From: Bacteroidota bacterium
Lineage (GTDB): Bacteria > Bacteroidota > Bacteroidia > Chitinophagales > LD1
Length of the DNA: 64,000 nt
Reading direction: 5' to 3'
Assembly (NCBI GenBank): GCA_947479455.1
Contig: CANJZE010000006.1
Span: 2,871-66,870 of the forward strand
The position numbers were made by a program, and so were the translations under genes. This document shows positions 21,709-31,420 of this stretch, piece by piece. Position 1 is the stretch's first letter; the number at the start of each line of letters is the position of its first letter. The notes under the pieces were generated by a model. It did no database searches, had not been told where the DNA came from, and saw only the letters and a program-made list of their open reading frames with translations.

Positions 21709-22983
21709 TTACTCCACATGCAAAACTAATCCCTTTAAATAAAGTCCTTCGGGGTTGAAGATGCTAACGGGATGGTCCGCAGGTTGAGTGATATGGTGTA
21801 ACACTCGAATGTTTCTGCCGGATTCAATAGCAGCAGAAGTAACCGCACCAATAAACATTTCTTGATTGACCACTTGCGAACAAGAAAAAGTAAAAACAAT
21901 TCCCCCATGCTTAATTTTTTTAAATGCGGAAGCATTTAATCGCGTGTAAGCTTGAATGGCATGATGACGGGCTGATTGTGCTTTAGCAAAGGCTGGCGGG
22001 TCTAGGACAATTAAGTCGTACTGATTGGTCGATGCTTTTATAAAATCAAATACATCGGCTGTAAAAGCTTCGTGGCTTCCTGTAATGTTGTTTAGTCTTA
22101 CATTTTCGTTCGTCCAGTCTATAGCTTTTACGCTGCTATCCACGGAGTGAACGAGAGTAGCTCCAGCTTTTAAGGCATAAACTGAAAAGCCTCCTGAGTA
22201 ACAAAAAGTATTGAGTACGGTTTTGCCTTGTGCATAACGCGCCAGAAGATTTCTGTTATCGCGTTGGTCAATAAAGAAACCGGTCTTTTGCCCTAGCACC
22301 CAATCAACCTTAAAACGATGATTGTTTTCTAAAACTAATTTTTCTGACTCAGTTCCATATAAATATCCGTCTGTAGATTTCTGAATTTTCAATTCTCTAC
22401 TCTGAATTTCCTCCTCGCTCTTATCGTTTATGTCTTCCTTCTTTTCACTATCAAATTTATGATTCAACGTTGTCTCACTTTTATCATACACAGCTAAAAG
22501 CCGATCGCCATATCCTTCTTTTAATACCTGCACAAAATTTTCTTTCACAGTATTCATGCCTTTGCTATGGCATTGGATAACCGCAGTGCCATTATACCAA
22601 TCAACAATCAGTCCCGGCAGGCCATCACCTTCTACATTAATTAAACGATAAGCATTGGTAGTTGTGCTTTCTGTTAAACCTAAACTTCTTCGCAAAGCAA
22701 AAGCAGTTTTAAATTTTTCGCGCCACAAATCCTGTAGGTTAGTCACCTTTTTAAAACTAAAAATGCGCGCGCTCACACTGCCTGTGCCGAAATGCCCCAT
22801 GCCGAGGAACTCCCCGTCTTCAGAAAATATTTCTACTACATCGCCTTGGTCGGGGTTACCATTTTTACTTTTTACAGCTCCCGAAAACACCCACGGATGA
22901 AAACGTTTAATAGCGTGTGTTTTGGCGCGATGAAGTATAAGCGAGGGATAGGTTTGTTTAGATGCAGCCGGAGTTTCGTTCAT
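21709..22983 (-). CDS. rlmI: 23S rRNA m5C methyltransferase RlmI-like (PUA + class I MTase)
   Basis: N-terminal PUA-like part (HPWVFSGAV), MTase core (VLNTFCYSGGFSVYA...LDPPAFAK). Contains an acidic/Lys-rich insertion. Confidence 0.85.
   Translation of the reverse strand: MNETPAASKQTYPSLILHRAKTHAIKRFHPWVFSGAVKSKNGNPDQGDVVEIFSEDGEFLGMGHFGTGSVSARIFSFKKVTNLQDLWREKFKTAFALRRSLGLTESTTTNAYRLINVEGDGLPGLIVDWYNGTAVIQCHSKGMNTVKENFVQVLKEGYGDRLLAVYDKSETTLNHKFDSEKKEDINDKSEEEIQSRELKIQKSTDGYLYGTESEKLVLENNHRFKVDWVLGQKTGFFIDQRDNRNLLARYAQGKTVLNTFCYSGGFSVYALKAGATLVHSVDSSVKAIDWTNENVRLNNITGSHEAFTADVFDFIKASTNQYDLIVLDPPAFAKAQSARHHAIQAYTRLNASAFKKIKHGGIVFTFSCSQVVNQEMFIGAVTSAAIESGRNIRVLHHITQPADHPVSIFNPEGLYLKGLVLHVE
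22375..22409. repeat. heptamer array inside rlmI (minus-strand reading AAATTCA GAGTAGA GAATTGA AAATTCA GAAATCT)
   Basis: Read directly. Encodes EEIQSRELKIQKS within the rlmI insertion. Confidence 0.65.
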
Positions 22984-23149
22984 GTTCGGGTGGTTGCGCT
23001 TTTATTGAGCGCGATAAAAATATTGAAATGCGGCAGACTACATATTTACGGAAAAGAGGAAAAGGCGTTTATAACCAAGTTGAAAACTTGCGCCAAAAAT
23101 AATGGTTAAGCAAATTAGCTTACTTACCTTTATGCTTAAATAATAAGCT

Positions 23150-23500
23150 ATGAACTATATTCAACGTATCTCTGATTGTTTGGATCAGGAAGCCGAAAAT
23201 GTTGCCTTCCTTTCCTTCTTTACCACTTCAAAACTTGAAGAGAAACTTTTGTTAGTGCGCAATCAAATTGCAATTGCCACAAAGCACGAACATCAAGATG
23301 CACTTTCGCTTTTACAACTATGGGAAAAACAACTAACCGATGCGCAAGAATTAAAAATACAGTTTAAATCCGATGAGAATCCGCTACTTGATATGAACAT
23401 GCAATTGCCCGAAATAATGGCGTATGAATTACTTCAAAACCGTCAGAAACTTTTGAAAAACAAATTGTTGAAGGAAGAAAAGGTGAAAGAGAAACTGTGA
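23150..23500 (+). CDS. hypothetical protein (helical, Lys/Glu-rich C-terminus)
   Basis: ORF track only. Followed by a strong terminator. Confidence 0.5.
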   Translation: MNYIQRISDCLDQEAENVAFLSFFTTSKLEEKLLLVRNQIAIATKHEHQDALSLLQLWEKQLTDAQELKIQFKSDENPLLDMNMQLPEIMAYELLQNRQKLLKNKLLKEEKVKEKL

Positions 23501-23520
23501 TGTTGCTCAAAAGCAAAACA

Positions 23521-23558
23521 AAAAGCGCGACTCAAATTTGAATTTGAGTCGCGCTTTT
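23521..23558. terminator. bidirectional intrinsic terminator between convergent genes
   Basis: Perfect 18-nt arms AAAAGCGCGACTCAAATT / AATTTGAGTCGCGCTTTT, with A-rich and T-rich flanks. Confidence 0.9.
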
Positions 23559-23582
23559 GCTTTAGTGTGGTGTGCTGTTATC

Positions 23583-24125
23583 TTATTTTGCTTCTGAATT
23601 TGAAGTTACTGCTATGGTAATATTTTCAACAGTTCCTCTTATTCCTAAACTAGGAGTATATTCTTCCGAAGTTTTAACCCCTTCTACTTGGCATTTGAAA
23701 TCGGCAGATATGGTCATACTCTTATGATCGGCACTCCAAACGGCTTTCTTTATAGTAAGTTCGGTGGATTGCGGATTGCTGTAGAATTTTTCTTTGTTGA
23801 ATTCAAAACTCACTTTGCTTCCCGAAGCCAAGCCAATTACTCCGTCTTTTAAGGAAAACTCGACACCTATTTTTTGAGGATTGTAGTTGCCACTTTTATC
23901 CTTCACATCATTTCCGTATAGAATAACTTCTGCGGTAGTGCCATCTTTTATAGAAGCTTCGTATTTGTGGTCTTTGTGCGCATCAAAAGCAAATCCATCA
24001 ATGCGGGCTGCAAATGGACCTCCGTTTAATGAAGGTTCAAGTGGTTTGCGGGTTTCAATTCCTTTGAACGAACTGGCCATAATAATCACGGAGAACATGC
24101 TGGCGGTAAAAAACAACTTTTTCAT
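23583..24125 (-). CDS. secreted hypothetical protein
   Basis: Signal peptide MKKLFFTASMFSVIIMASS; beta-rich composition. Confidence 0.6.
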   Translation of the reverse strand: MKKLFFTASMFSVIIMASSFKGIETRKPLEPSLNGGPFAARIDGFAFDAHKDHKYEASIKDGTTAEVILYGNDVKDKSGNYNPQKIGVEFSLKDGVIGLASGSKVSFEFNKEKFYSNPQSTELTIKKAVWSADHKSMTISADFKCQVEGVKTSEEYTPSLGIRGTVENITIAVTSNSEAK

Positions 24126-24333
24126 AGTATTTTATTTTAGTTACATCTTCTTACGCACAAGTTGGTGAAAAGGTTCGTTTCATTGAATTAAACAATTCGA
24201 CTTGCCTCAAAAATTTCAACTCGCAGCTTGTAATAATTAAGTGAAAGGTTTCGGAACATAACTACAATACATGCGTAAGAATTACCAAGAGCCTTAACCG
24301 GCTTGCTTATTTACCACCCTAAAAGAATTTGAT

Positions 24334-24516
24334 ATGGCCACACAAGAAGCGAAAGATTATTATTATCAAAAAGGTCGTCAGGATTTTATGATTGGCTTTT
24401 ATGAACAACCTTTCCCAAGCCCAATGCTTATGGAACTGGATGAGTTTGAAATGAATTGCAATAAATCGTATAAAGGCGGTTATGGCGATGCGCAGGATGA
24501 ACTTAAAAGAAGATAA
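24334..24516 (+). CDS. small hypothetical protein (60 aa)
   Basis: ORF track. An intrinsic terminator lies 25 nt downstream. Confidence 0.4.
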   Translation: MATQEAKDYYYQKGRQDFMIGFYEQPFPSPMLMELDEFEMNCNKSYKGGYGDAQDELKRR

Positions 24517-24540
24517 GAAAACTGAATTTCTAAAAATGAA

Positions 24541-24570
24541 TGCCGCTCTACAATGAGCGGTATTTTTTTT
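24541..24570 (+). terminator. intrinsic terminator after the 60-aa ORF
   Basis: CCGCTC-TACAAT-GAGCGG followed by TATTTTTTTT. Confidence 0.75.
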
Positions 24571-24601
24571 GACCGATACACAACAAACGCAACAACCGGG
24601 T

Positions 24602-25351
24602 TTATTTGATTACAAACGTCTTCAAAATCTTCTGGGTAAAGTCTATGTATTCCTGGCGGTCTTCTTCATAAGGAAACATGCGCCATTCAAACAAATCTTC
24701 GGGGAAAGTGGTTTCGTAGTTGTAGTGGAAATAATTGATTTGCACAAAAGCAGTGGTGTTAGGAATATTACCGGGCACTACCAGCAACACTGTAAAATTC
24801 GATTGCAGTTTTTCAATATCGTTGATGTAGTAAATCACTCCTTCTTTTCCCTGCGCAGTTTTAAATTGTTCTGTTGAAAATACTGAAGCATTTACTTTCT
24901 CAGTAATTTCTTTCGGGTCAGCGGTCATGCCGGCTTCTTTGTAATAAGCCAACATGTGTTTTTTTACGTCAGCCAAAACCATTTGCTTTTTTTCCTCAAA
25001 AGTTTTTTTGATGGTGTTCATGTTAATGATTAAACCCTGCACTAACTTTTTTGACTGAAGCGGAAACGTAGAAACAAGCGGGTCGAAATCAGTCTTCTGC
25101 AATTTGTATTCAATAATAGACTGCAAACCTTTCTCCTTCCAAAGCGGATGGATAACAATCGAAAGATTGTCTTCCATCAACTTATTAGCATTGGTATCAA
25201 CGGCTGCTTCGGGTTGTGCTATCAGCATATCGGGCAGTTCTTTCAAAACTTCGCTTGCAGTTTTCTTGGGTTTTGTTTCTTCTTTTTTTTGTGCCGATAA
25301 AAAAGAAGAGCTGCATAACAGCAATAATAAAATCAGGTGAGATGTTTTCAT
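24602..25351 (-). CDS. secreted hypothetical protein
   Basis: Signal peptide MKTSHLILLLLLCSSSFLSAQ; no family recognised. Confidence 0.6.
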   Translation of the reverse strand: MKTSHLILLLLLCSSSFLSAQKKEETKPKKTASEVLKELPDMLIAQPEAAVDTNANKLMEDNLSIVIHPLWKEKGLQSIIEYKLQKTDFDPLVSTFPLQSKKLVQGLIINMNTIKKTFEEKKQMVLADVKKHMLAYYKEAGMTADPKEITEKVNASVFSTEQFKTAQGKEGVIYYINDIEKLQSNFTVLLVVPGNIPNTTAFVQINYFHYNYETTFPEDLFEWRMFPYEEDRQEYIDFTQKILKTFVIK

Positions 25352-25494
25352 GTATTTGTATTAATCGGTGAAATCAATTGTCGTTATCCGTGAAATCTTT
25401 GCGAAGCATTCTCAACCAATTGTATTAGCGAAGCAGTGCATTAAAAAAGCCACTGACGAATCAATGGCTTTGAATTTATTTTTTAGATTTTTTT

Positions 25495-25935
25495 TTAGTT
25501 CCAGTCTACCTGTTCATCATCGGTTATATCAGGAGTGGTATTAGGGGTAATGTTTTCACTTAGTTTATTCGCATCGGTATTAACAGGAGCAGCCGCTTTA
25601 ACGGTGTGATTGTTTTCTGAATGATTTGATTCAGTTGCATCGTGGGTCCTAGTTTGACGGTCTGCATCATAATCATAATCAGGCAACAATTCTGTTTTAA
25701 TGTAATCAACGGTTTCGTTTAAGGCTTCCAGAAATTTTTTGAAATCTTCCTTGTACAAAAAGATTTTGTGACTATCGTAACCTTCGCCTTCAAACTTTTT
25801 TTTGCTTTCGGTAATCGTCAAAAAGTAATCGCCTTGCTTTGTGCTTCTTACATCAAAGAAATATGTTCTTCTTTTTCCGGCTTTGAGTTTTTTGCTGAAA
25901 AATCCACTGAATTTTCCGCCATTGTTATTTTCCAC
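25495..25935 (-). CDS. DUF3276 / PUR-alpha-like nucleic-acid-binding protein
   Basis: KAGKRRTYFFDVRSTKQGDYFLTITESKK...KIFLYKEDFKKFLEAL is the typical Bacteroidota DUF3276 core. Disordered acidic tail. Confidence 0.8.
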   Translation of the reverse strand: MENNNGGKFSGFFSKKLKAGKRRTYFFDVRSTKQGDYFLTITESKKKFEGEGYDSHKIFLYKEDFKKFLEALNETVDYIKTELLPDYDYDADRQTRTHDATESNHSENNHTVKAAAPVNTDANKLSENITPNTTPDITDDEQVDWN

Positions 25936-25997
25936 GTTTCTTATTTTTTTGATTTAAAAATAGCTGTTCCCGAAATCTTATATGCTAAAATATATTT

Positions 25998-27809
25998 TTA
26001 TTCTACAAAGATTGTACCGCTCATCTCCGTTTTCTCATCGCGTTGTTCTTTCAATTGCTTTTCAAAAATTTCGGCATACAATCCCTTCGCTCTCAATAGT
26101 TCTTCGTGCGTTCCCTTTTCGGCAATTTTACCATCGTCTAATACTACTATATTATCAAAGTGTATTAAGGAGAATATACGGTGCGTAATAATAACAGCAG
26201 TTTTACCATGCAGCACTTCATCTAAATTTCGTTGAATCTGCTTTTCGGTAGCCGTATCAACAGCACTCAAACAATCGTCTAGCAAAAGAACATTCGGTTG
26301 CTTTATAAGAGCGCGAGCAATTGAAATGCGTTGCTTTTGTCCACCCGAGAGCGTAACGCCTCTTTCGCCCACAATAGTTTCGTAACCCTGAGGAAAACTT
26401 TCTATCTCATTGGCAATAACAGCATAGCCGGCAAACCGCGCGGCTTCTTCTTTCACAGCAGCCTTTACTCCAAAAGAGATATTCTGTGTAATGGTTTCCG
26501 AAAACAGAAACATATCCTGCGGCACAAAACCAATTTGTTTGCGTAGTGCACCTGTGTTGTATTCACTTACTTCGGTTCCGTCAATAAAAATTTTACCGCT
26601 TGTTACGTTGTACATCCGCAAAATCAAATCGGCTATAGTTGATTTGCCTGAACCTGTTCTGCCTATAATAGCTAACCGCTCACTTGCGCTCACCTTAAAC
26701 GAAACATCTTTCAACGCTTTGATTCCCGTGTCGGGATAAGTGAATGAAACATGCTCAAAAGTAATTTCACCTTTAATCTCTTTGACCACTCCCCCTTCGG
26801 TGGTAATGGATGGTTTGTAATTCAAAAATTCGCTAATTCTTCGTTGAGATATAGCCGCACGTTGAATCATTGAAACGGTAAAGCCGAGCGAACTCACCGG
26901 CCACATCAACATGTTGGTGTACATCAAAAAAGCGGTGATATCGCCCACCGTAACTTTTCCAGCAGAAACTTCTTTGCCGCCTACGTAAACCACAATGATG
27001 ATGCTACAGCCAACTAGAAAAGTAATAATGGGAAAGTAGAGTGAATCAATACGTGCTAGTTTCAATTGTAAGTTACGGTACTCTTCTGTTTCGCTTTCAA
27101 AAAAACCAAGCATTTCCTTTTCGCGCGCGTATGCCTGCACCACACGAATGCCGGAAAAAGTTTCCTGCGCATTCGTAGTAAGGTCTGAAAGCTTCGCCTG
27201 AATTTTTGCGCTGTATCTTCCTATAAAAGCATTGATGACATAAATGGTAACAGAAAGAAGCGGAAGCGGAATTAGAACTTTAAGGGTGAGCGATGGACTA
27301 ATCAACATCATAGAACCCAACGCAAATGTGATGGTAAAAAACAAGTTGACCGAATACATAATAGCAGGTCCAATATACATACGCACTTTACTTACGTCTT
27401 CTGTTATGCGATTCATTAAATCGCCCGTGTTATTTTTTCTGTAAAAGGCTAAATCTAGTTTTTGATAATGGTCATAGATTTCGTTTTTCATATCAAACTC
27501 TACCAATCGTGAAACCACGATAATACTTTGGCGCATCATGAATGTAAATCCTCCAGCCAGCATCGCTACTACTAAATAGCGCAGAAACAACCACAAAACA
27601 TCGGTGCTTATTTTGTTTCGAACCACATTATTGAATTCACTGGCGTTGTTCACATTTTTTAAATTACCAACAATAAGGTCAACCGCATTTTTGGTGATGA
27701 TAGGATTGTAAACACTTAGCGCATTGGCGCTTATGACAAACAGAATACCTGCCATGAAACGCCATTTATAACGGGCAAAATATTTATTAAGAGAGATGAG
27801 TTCTTTCAC
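25998..27809 (-). CDS. ABC exporter, fused permease/ATPase (MsbA-like)
   Basis: Six-TM N-terminal half. NBD with GRTGSGKST, LSGGQKQRISIARAL, LLLDD. Confidence 0.92.
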   Translation of the reverse strand: MKELISLNKYFARYKWRFMAGILFVISANALSVYNPIITKNAVDLIVGNLKNVNNASEFNNVVRNKISTDVLWLFLRYLVVAMLAGGFTFMMRQSIIVVSRLVEFDMKNEIYDHYQKLDLAFYRKNNTGDLMNRITEDVSKVRMYIGPAIMYSVNLFFTITFALGSMMLISPSLTLKVLIPLPLLSVTIYVINAFIGRYSAKIQAKLSDLTTNAQETFSGIRVVQAYAREKEMLGFFESETEEYRNLQLKLARIDSLYFPIITFLVGCSIIIVVYVGGKEVSAGKVTVGDITAFLMYTNMLMWPVSSLGFTVSMIQRAAISQRRISEFLNYKPSITTEGGVVKEIKGEITFEHVSFTYPDTGIKALKDVSFKVSASERLAIIGRTGSGKSTIADLILRMYNVTSGKIFIDGTEVSEYNTGALRKQIGFVPQDMFLFSETITQNISFGVKAAVKEEAARFAGYAVIANEIESFPQGYETIVGERGVTLSGGQKQRISIARALIKQPNVLLLDDCLSAVDTATEKQIQRNLDEVLHGKTAVIITHRIFSLIHFDNIVVLDDGKIAEKGTHEELLRAKGLYAEIFEKQLKEQRDEKTEMSGTIFVE

Positions 27810-27936
27810 AATTTTTCTTCTGAAAATTATTTATAAACGAAAACAATTCATGCTATTTTTTTGCGTTTGGTAAAGTCGAAATCCTTGTCAACTTTGCCGC
27901 GCTTTAAAACGGGGGCGAAGCTAAAAAAATCAAATT

Positions 27937-29034
27937 ATGAGCCGTGAATCAAATGTTATGAAGAGCGTAGAAAGAAAAAGTGCGCACATCTTTGAAATGA
28001 TAGAACCTATGGAACATGAACAGGTCATGTATTTCAACGATAAAGATACTGGGCTTAAAGGAATAATTGCCGTACACAACACGGTTCTCGGTCCTTCTTT
28101 GGGTGGTTGCCGAATCTGGAACTACGATAATGAAAGTGATGCACTATGGGATGTGCTGCGTCTTTCGCGCGGTATGACTTTCAAATCAAGTATCAGTGGA
28201 ATCAACTTAGGCGGTGGCAAAGCAGTTATCATAGGCAACCCGAAAGTGAAACGCGATGAAGCGTTTTGGCGTAGATTCGGAAAATTTGTAGACAGCTTAA
28301 ACGGGAAATATATTACAGCCGAAGATGTGGGCACCAGCACCGAAGTAATGAGCATTGTAATGCAGGAAACCAAACACGTTACGGGCAAACCAGTTTCAGC
28401 AGGAGGCACAGGCGACCCTTCGCCATTTACTGCTTACGGAGTTTTTCTTGGTTTAAAGGCAAGCGTAAAAGAATTGACGGGTAGTGATTCGCTGGAAGGA
28501 AAACGTGTGGCGGTGCAGGGAGTTGGTCATGTGGGACATAGTTTAGTGGGTCAGTTAACTGCCGCAGGTGCTAAAGTTTTTATTACAGACATCAACCAAA
28601 CTAATCTACAAAACACGGCTAAAGAATTTAACGCAACGATTGTCGGGACGCACGAAATTTATGATTTAGATGTGGATGTTTATTCCCCTTGTGCACTTGG
28701 TGCCACAATAAATTCCGATACTATTTCTACTCTCCGCTGTTCAATTATTGCTGGCGCGGCAAACAATCAGTTAGCCGATGAAAATTTGCACGGACAAATG
28801 CTATTGGATAAAGGGATTATCTATGCCCCAGATTTTTTGATTAACGCAGGCGGTGTCATCAATTGCTATCGCGAAGTTCATTCACTGGGAGAAGCTGACT
28901 CGAGTTTGCTGATTGAAAATATTTATGGTCGTACACTCGAAATTTTCAAAAAATCAAAGGCGGAAAATATTCCTACACAAGAAGCAGCTATACGAATAGC
29001 GGCTGATAGAATTGCAAAAGCCAAGTTGAATTAA
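27937..29034 (+). CDS. Leu/Phe/Val dehydrogenase family enzyme
   Basis: GGCRIWNY...LRLSRGMTFKSSISGINLGGGKAVIIG catalytic region and GVGHVGHSL Rossmann motif. Confidence 0.9.
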   Translation: MSRESNVMKSVERKSAHIFEMIEPMEHEQVMYFNDKDTGLKGIIAVHNTVLGPSLGGCRIWNYDNESDALWDVLRLSRGMTFKSSISGINLGGGKAVIIGNPKVKRDEAFWRRFGKFVDSLNGKYITAEDVGTSTEVMSIVMQETKHVTGKPVSAGGTGDPSPFTAYGVFLGLKASVKELTGSDSLEGKRVAVQGVGHVGHSLVGQLTAAGAKVFITDINQTNLQNTAKEFNATIVGTHEIYDLDVDVYSPCALGATINSDTISTLRCSIIAGAANNQLADENLHGQMLLDKGIIYAPDFLINAGGVINCYREVHSLGEADSSLLIENIYGRTLEIFKKSKAENIPTQEAAIRIAADRIAKAKLN

Positions 29035-29078
29035 GAGAAGGTTAATCGTATCAATCATAGTTCTTTAAAAAACTGTTC

Positions 29079-30020
29079 ATGCTCGGAAGAAGAAATTTGC
29101 GGATTAAGGTAATGCAGATATTGTATGCTTGGGAAATGGATCGCGACATTCCGCTCACCAAACTCGAAACTCATTTGAGCGAACAGATTCAAAAGTCGGT
29201 ACAATTGTATCTCACTAATTTGCTCTACCTGGTAGAGGTTTGCAACTATTCCATGGTTGACAAAGCTAAGCGCCTGGCAAAGTATATTCAAACAGAAGAA
29301 GACAATATTGCCAGCACTACCATTGCCGCCAATTCTATTATTCAGTATTTACAAAGCAATGATGCTTTTCTTGCGCTTGTAAAAAAAGAAGGCATTCGCC
29401 ACCACATTGCAACAGATGTGGTGAAAAAACTTTTTAATGAACTTTCTTCTAAACCTAAATATAAAGAGTATTCGGCTTTGGCTCAACCTACACTCGAACA
29501 AGACAAAGAAGTTATCGGCTTCATTCTCAAAAAAATATTTCAAAGCGAAAAAGATTTAGAGCATCATCTTGAAGAAATTTTCATCAACTACGATGACGAT
29601 AACACTTTGCTCATTCACGTTACTGGAAAATACATTGACACCTTTAGTGCTGACAAAGCCGACAACTTTTTTCAGGGCTTAGACCAATGGGAAGAGGAAA
29701 AAAAGTTTGCGATTCAACTGCTTATCAAAACCATTCAGAACAACGAAGAACTCACCGCCATTATCGAACCCAATTTGAAAAATTGGGAAATGGATCGCGT
29801 AGCAGTTCTCGATTTGATATTGATGAAGTTAGCCGTGTGTGAATTGAAATACTTCCCTACCATTCCAGTAAAGGTTTCTATCAACGAATACATTGATATT
29901 TCTAAACTATACAGCACTCCTAAGAGCAAAGATTTTGTAAACGGAGTTCTAGATAAAGTAAAAAATGGTTTGCTCGAACAGGGCGGCATCAAAAAACACG
30001 GAAGAGGATTGATGGAATAA
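29079..30020 (+). CDS. nusB: transcription antitermination factor NusB (long Bacteroidota form)
   Basis: N-terminal RRNLRIKVMQILYAWE and C-terminal WEMDRVAVLDLILMKLAVCEL...INEYIDISKLYSTPKSKDFVNGVLD NusB core. Confidence 0.85.
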   Translation: MLGRRNLRIKVMQILYAWEMDRDIPLTKLETHLSEQIQKSVQLYLTNLLYLVEVCNYSMVDKAKRLAKYIQTEEDNIASTTIAANSIIQYLQSNDAFLALVKKEGIRHHIATDVVKKLFNELSSKPKYKEYSALAQPTLEQDKEVIGFILKKIFQSEKDLEHHLEEIFINYDDDNTLLIHVTGKYIDTFSADKADNFFQGLDQWEEEKKFAIQLLIKTIQNNEELTAIIEPNLKNWEMDRVAVLDLILMKLAVCELKYFPTIPVKVSINEYIDISKLYSTPKSKDFVNGVLDKVKNGLLEQGGIKKHGRGLME

Positions 30021-30023
30021 TTG

Positions 30024-30129
30024 CAGACATTAGATGTTAGACTTTAGACAATAGACAACAACCGAGTATGTTGTTTTTTGAAAGTCAAATCTTCAAGTCT
30101 AACATCTATTGTCTAATATCTATAATCTT
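30024..30129. repeat. inverted heptamer arrays (CAGACAT TAGATGT TAGACTT TAGACAA TAGACAA ... AAGTCTA ACATCTA TTGTCTA ATATCTA TAATCTT)
   Basis: Left arm 30024..30058, right arm 30081..30129, reverse-complementary words. The right arm overlaps the last 8 codons of the LMW-PTP gene. Confidence 0.85.
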
Positions 30130-30567
30130 GTCAGTAGCTTCATCGAGCATTTCATAAACTTCTTCGTAATGCTTTTCGCTTTGTCCCCAAGGGTCAGGAA
30201 CGGGTTGGTTCATACCAGGATTTACTTCATTCATTATTAAATGCACCTTCGAAATTTCTTCTTCGCTTTTCGCCATGTCGGTTACATCTTTGTAGTTGCT
30301 GCTATCCATTACATAGATAACATCAAAGTGCTCTAAATCTTTTCTTCGCAAGGGGCGACTGCGCTGATAATTAATATCAATACCATGCTGCTTCATCACC
30401 TTAATTGATTTCTCATTCGGCAACTCGCCTTCGTGCCAATCGCTTGTGCCGGCCGAATCAATTTCCCAATCTAAATTTTTGAGTTCAGCTTTGTGTTTCA
30501 ACAAACCATGTGCAATAGGAGAACGACAAATGTTTCCAAGGCAAACGAACAGAATTTTTAAAGACAT
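30106..30567 (-). CDS. low-molecular-weight protein-tyrosine phosphatase
   Basis: P-loop LFVCLGNICRSP and DP (VPDPW) motif. 153 aa. Confidence 0.9.
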   Translation of the reverse strand: MSLKILFVCLGNICRSPIAHGLLKHKAELKNLDWEIDSAGTSDWHEGELPNEKSIKVMKQHGIDINYQRSRPLRRKDLEHFDVIYVMDSSNYKDVTDMAKSEEEISKVHLIMNEVNPGMNQPVPDPWGQSEKHYEEVYEMLDEATDKIIDIRQ

Positions 30568-30581
30568 AATTTCTGCAGCAC

Positions 30582-30947
30582 TTATTTATTAGAGTGAAGT
30601 GCCATACGATTTCCTTCGCTGTCGAGGAACAAAGCCATGTAACCATAGTCAGGAGAGATCTGACGTTTAGCTAATAAAATCTTTCCTCCGGCTGCCTCTA
30701 CTTTTGAAAGCACATCGTTCAAATCAGGATTCGCATTCAAGTAAATCAACGAACCTTCTGCCGAAGCTTTGTAATCAGGTCCGGCACAAATCGCTCCACT
30801 TACTTTGCCTTCATCGTAAGGAAAGAAAGCCATCTTGACTTCCATATTCATGGTTTGCATAGTTAAACCGAAAATGGTTTCATAAAATTTTTGAGCGCGG
30901 TCAAAATCGCTTGCAGCAATTTCAAACCAGTTGAGCATGTTCTTCAT
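30582..30947 (-). CDS. VOC/glyoxalase-family protein
   Basis: Size and the pattern WFEIAASDFDRAQKFYETIFG...ALFLDSEGNRMALHS are typical of VOC-fold proteins. Confidence 0.8.
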   Translation of the reverse strand: MKNMLNWFEIAASDFDRAQKFYETIFGLTMQTMNMEVKMAFFPYDEGKVSGAICAGPDYKASAEGSLIYLNANPDLNDVLSKVEAAGGKILLAKRQISPDYGYMALFLDSEGNRMALHSNK

Positions 30948-31027
30948 ATTGTAAATTTTGATGCAAATTAAAAATCATTTTACCGAACCAAACATTCTTC
31001 TTTACTTCGTTGTCTAAACCCTCAGCC

Positions 31028-31363
31028 ATGGCACAATTCATTTTACTCATTCGCGAAGACCTAACCCGTTATCCAATTCCAAAAGAAGAACTCGATGCAA
31101 TTATTGCTGCGCATATGAAATGGGCCCGTGACCTTACTGCACGCGGTATTTTCAAAGATGGTAACGGCATTCAAAGCGATGGTCGCCTCATTGAATTAAT
31201 AGGCGGAGATTTAGTGGTGCAACCTGTGCGCGATGTGCGTCAGGGCGTTGGCGGTTACTATATTATTGAAGCCGAAGATTTGCAAGCGGCTGTTGAAATT
31301 GCAAAGGAATGCCCAGCGTATAAGGATGGCGATTTAGTTGAAGTAAGACCTATTGGCGGATAG
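31028..31363 (+). CDS. YciI-family protein
   Basis: MAQFILLIRED...HMKWARDLTARGIF...GGYYIIEAEDLQAAVEIAKECP resembles YCII/DGPF-type proteins. ATG 31028 preferred over TTG 31010. Confidence 0.75.
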   Translation: MAQFILLIREDLTRYPIPKEELDAIIAAHMKWARDLTARGIFKDGNGIQSDGRLIELIGGDLVVQPVRDVRQGVGGYYIIEAEDLQAAVEIAKECPAYKDGDLVEVRPIGG

Positions 31364-31420
31364 ACGTTTAGGTTGTGCTGACTAAACTATTTGAATTACA
31401 TTTGAGCCAAAGAACAGATT

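Noticed and set aside
25768-26235. 155-aa plus-strand ORF bridging the DUF3276 and ABC exporter genes
   Set aside because: It is antisense to two well-supported genes and low-complexity (Phe/Ser/Ile-rich). It is a shadow ORF.
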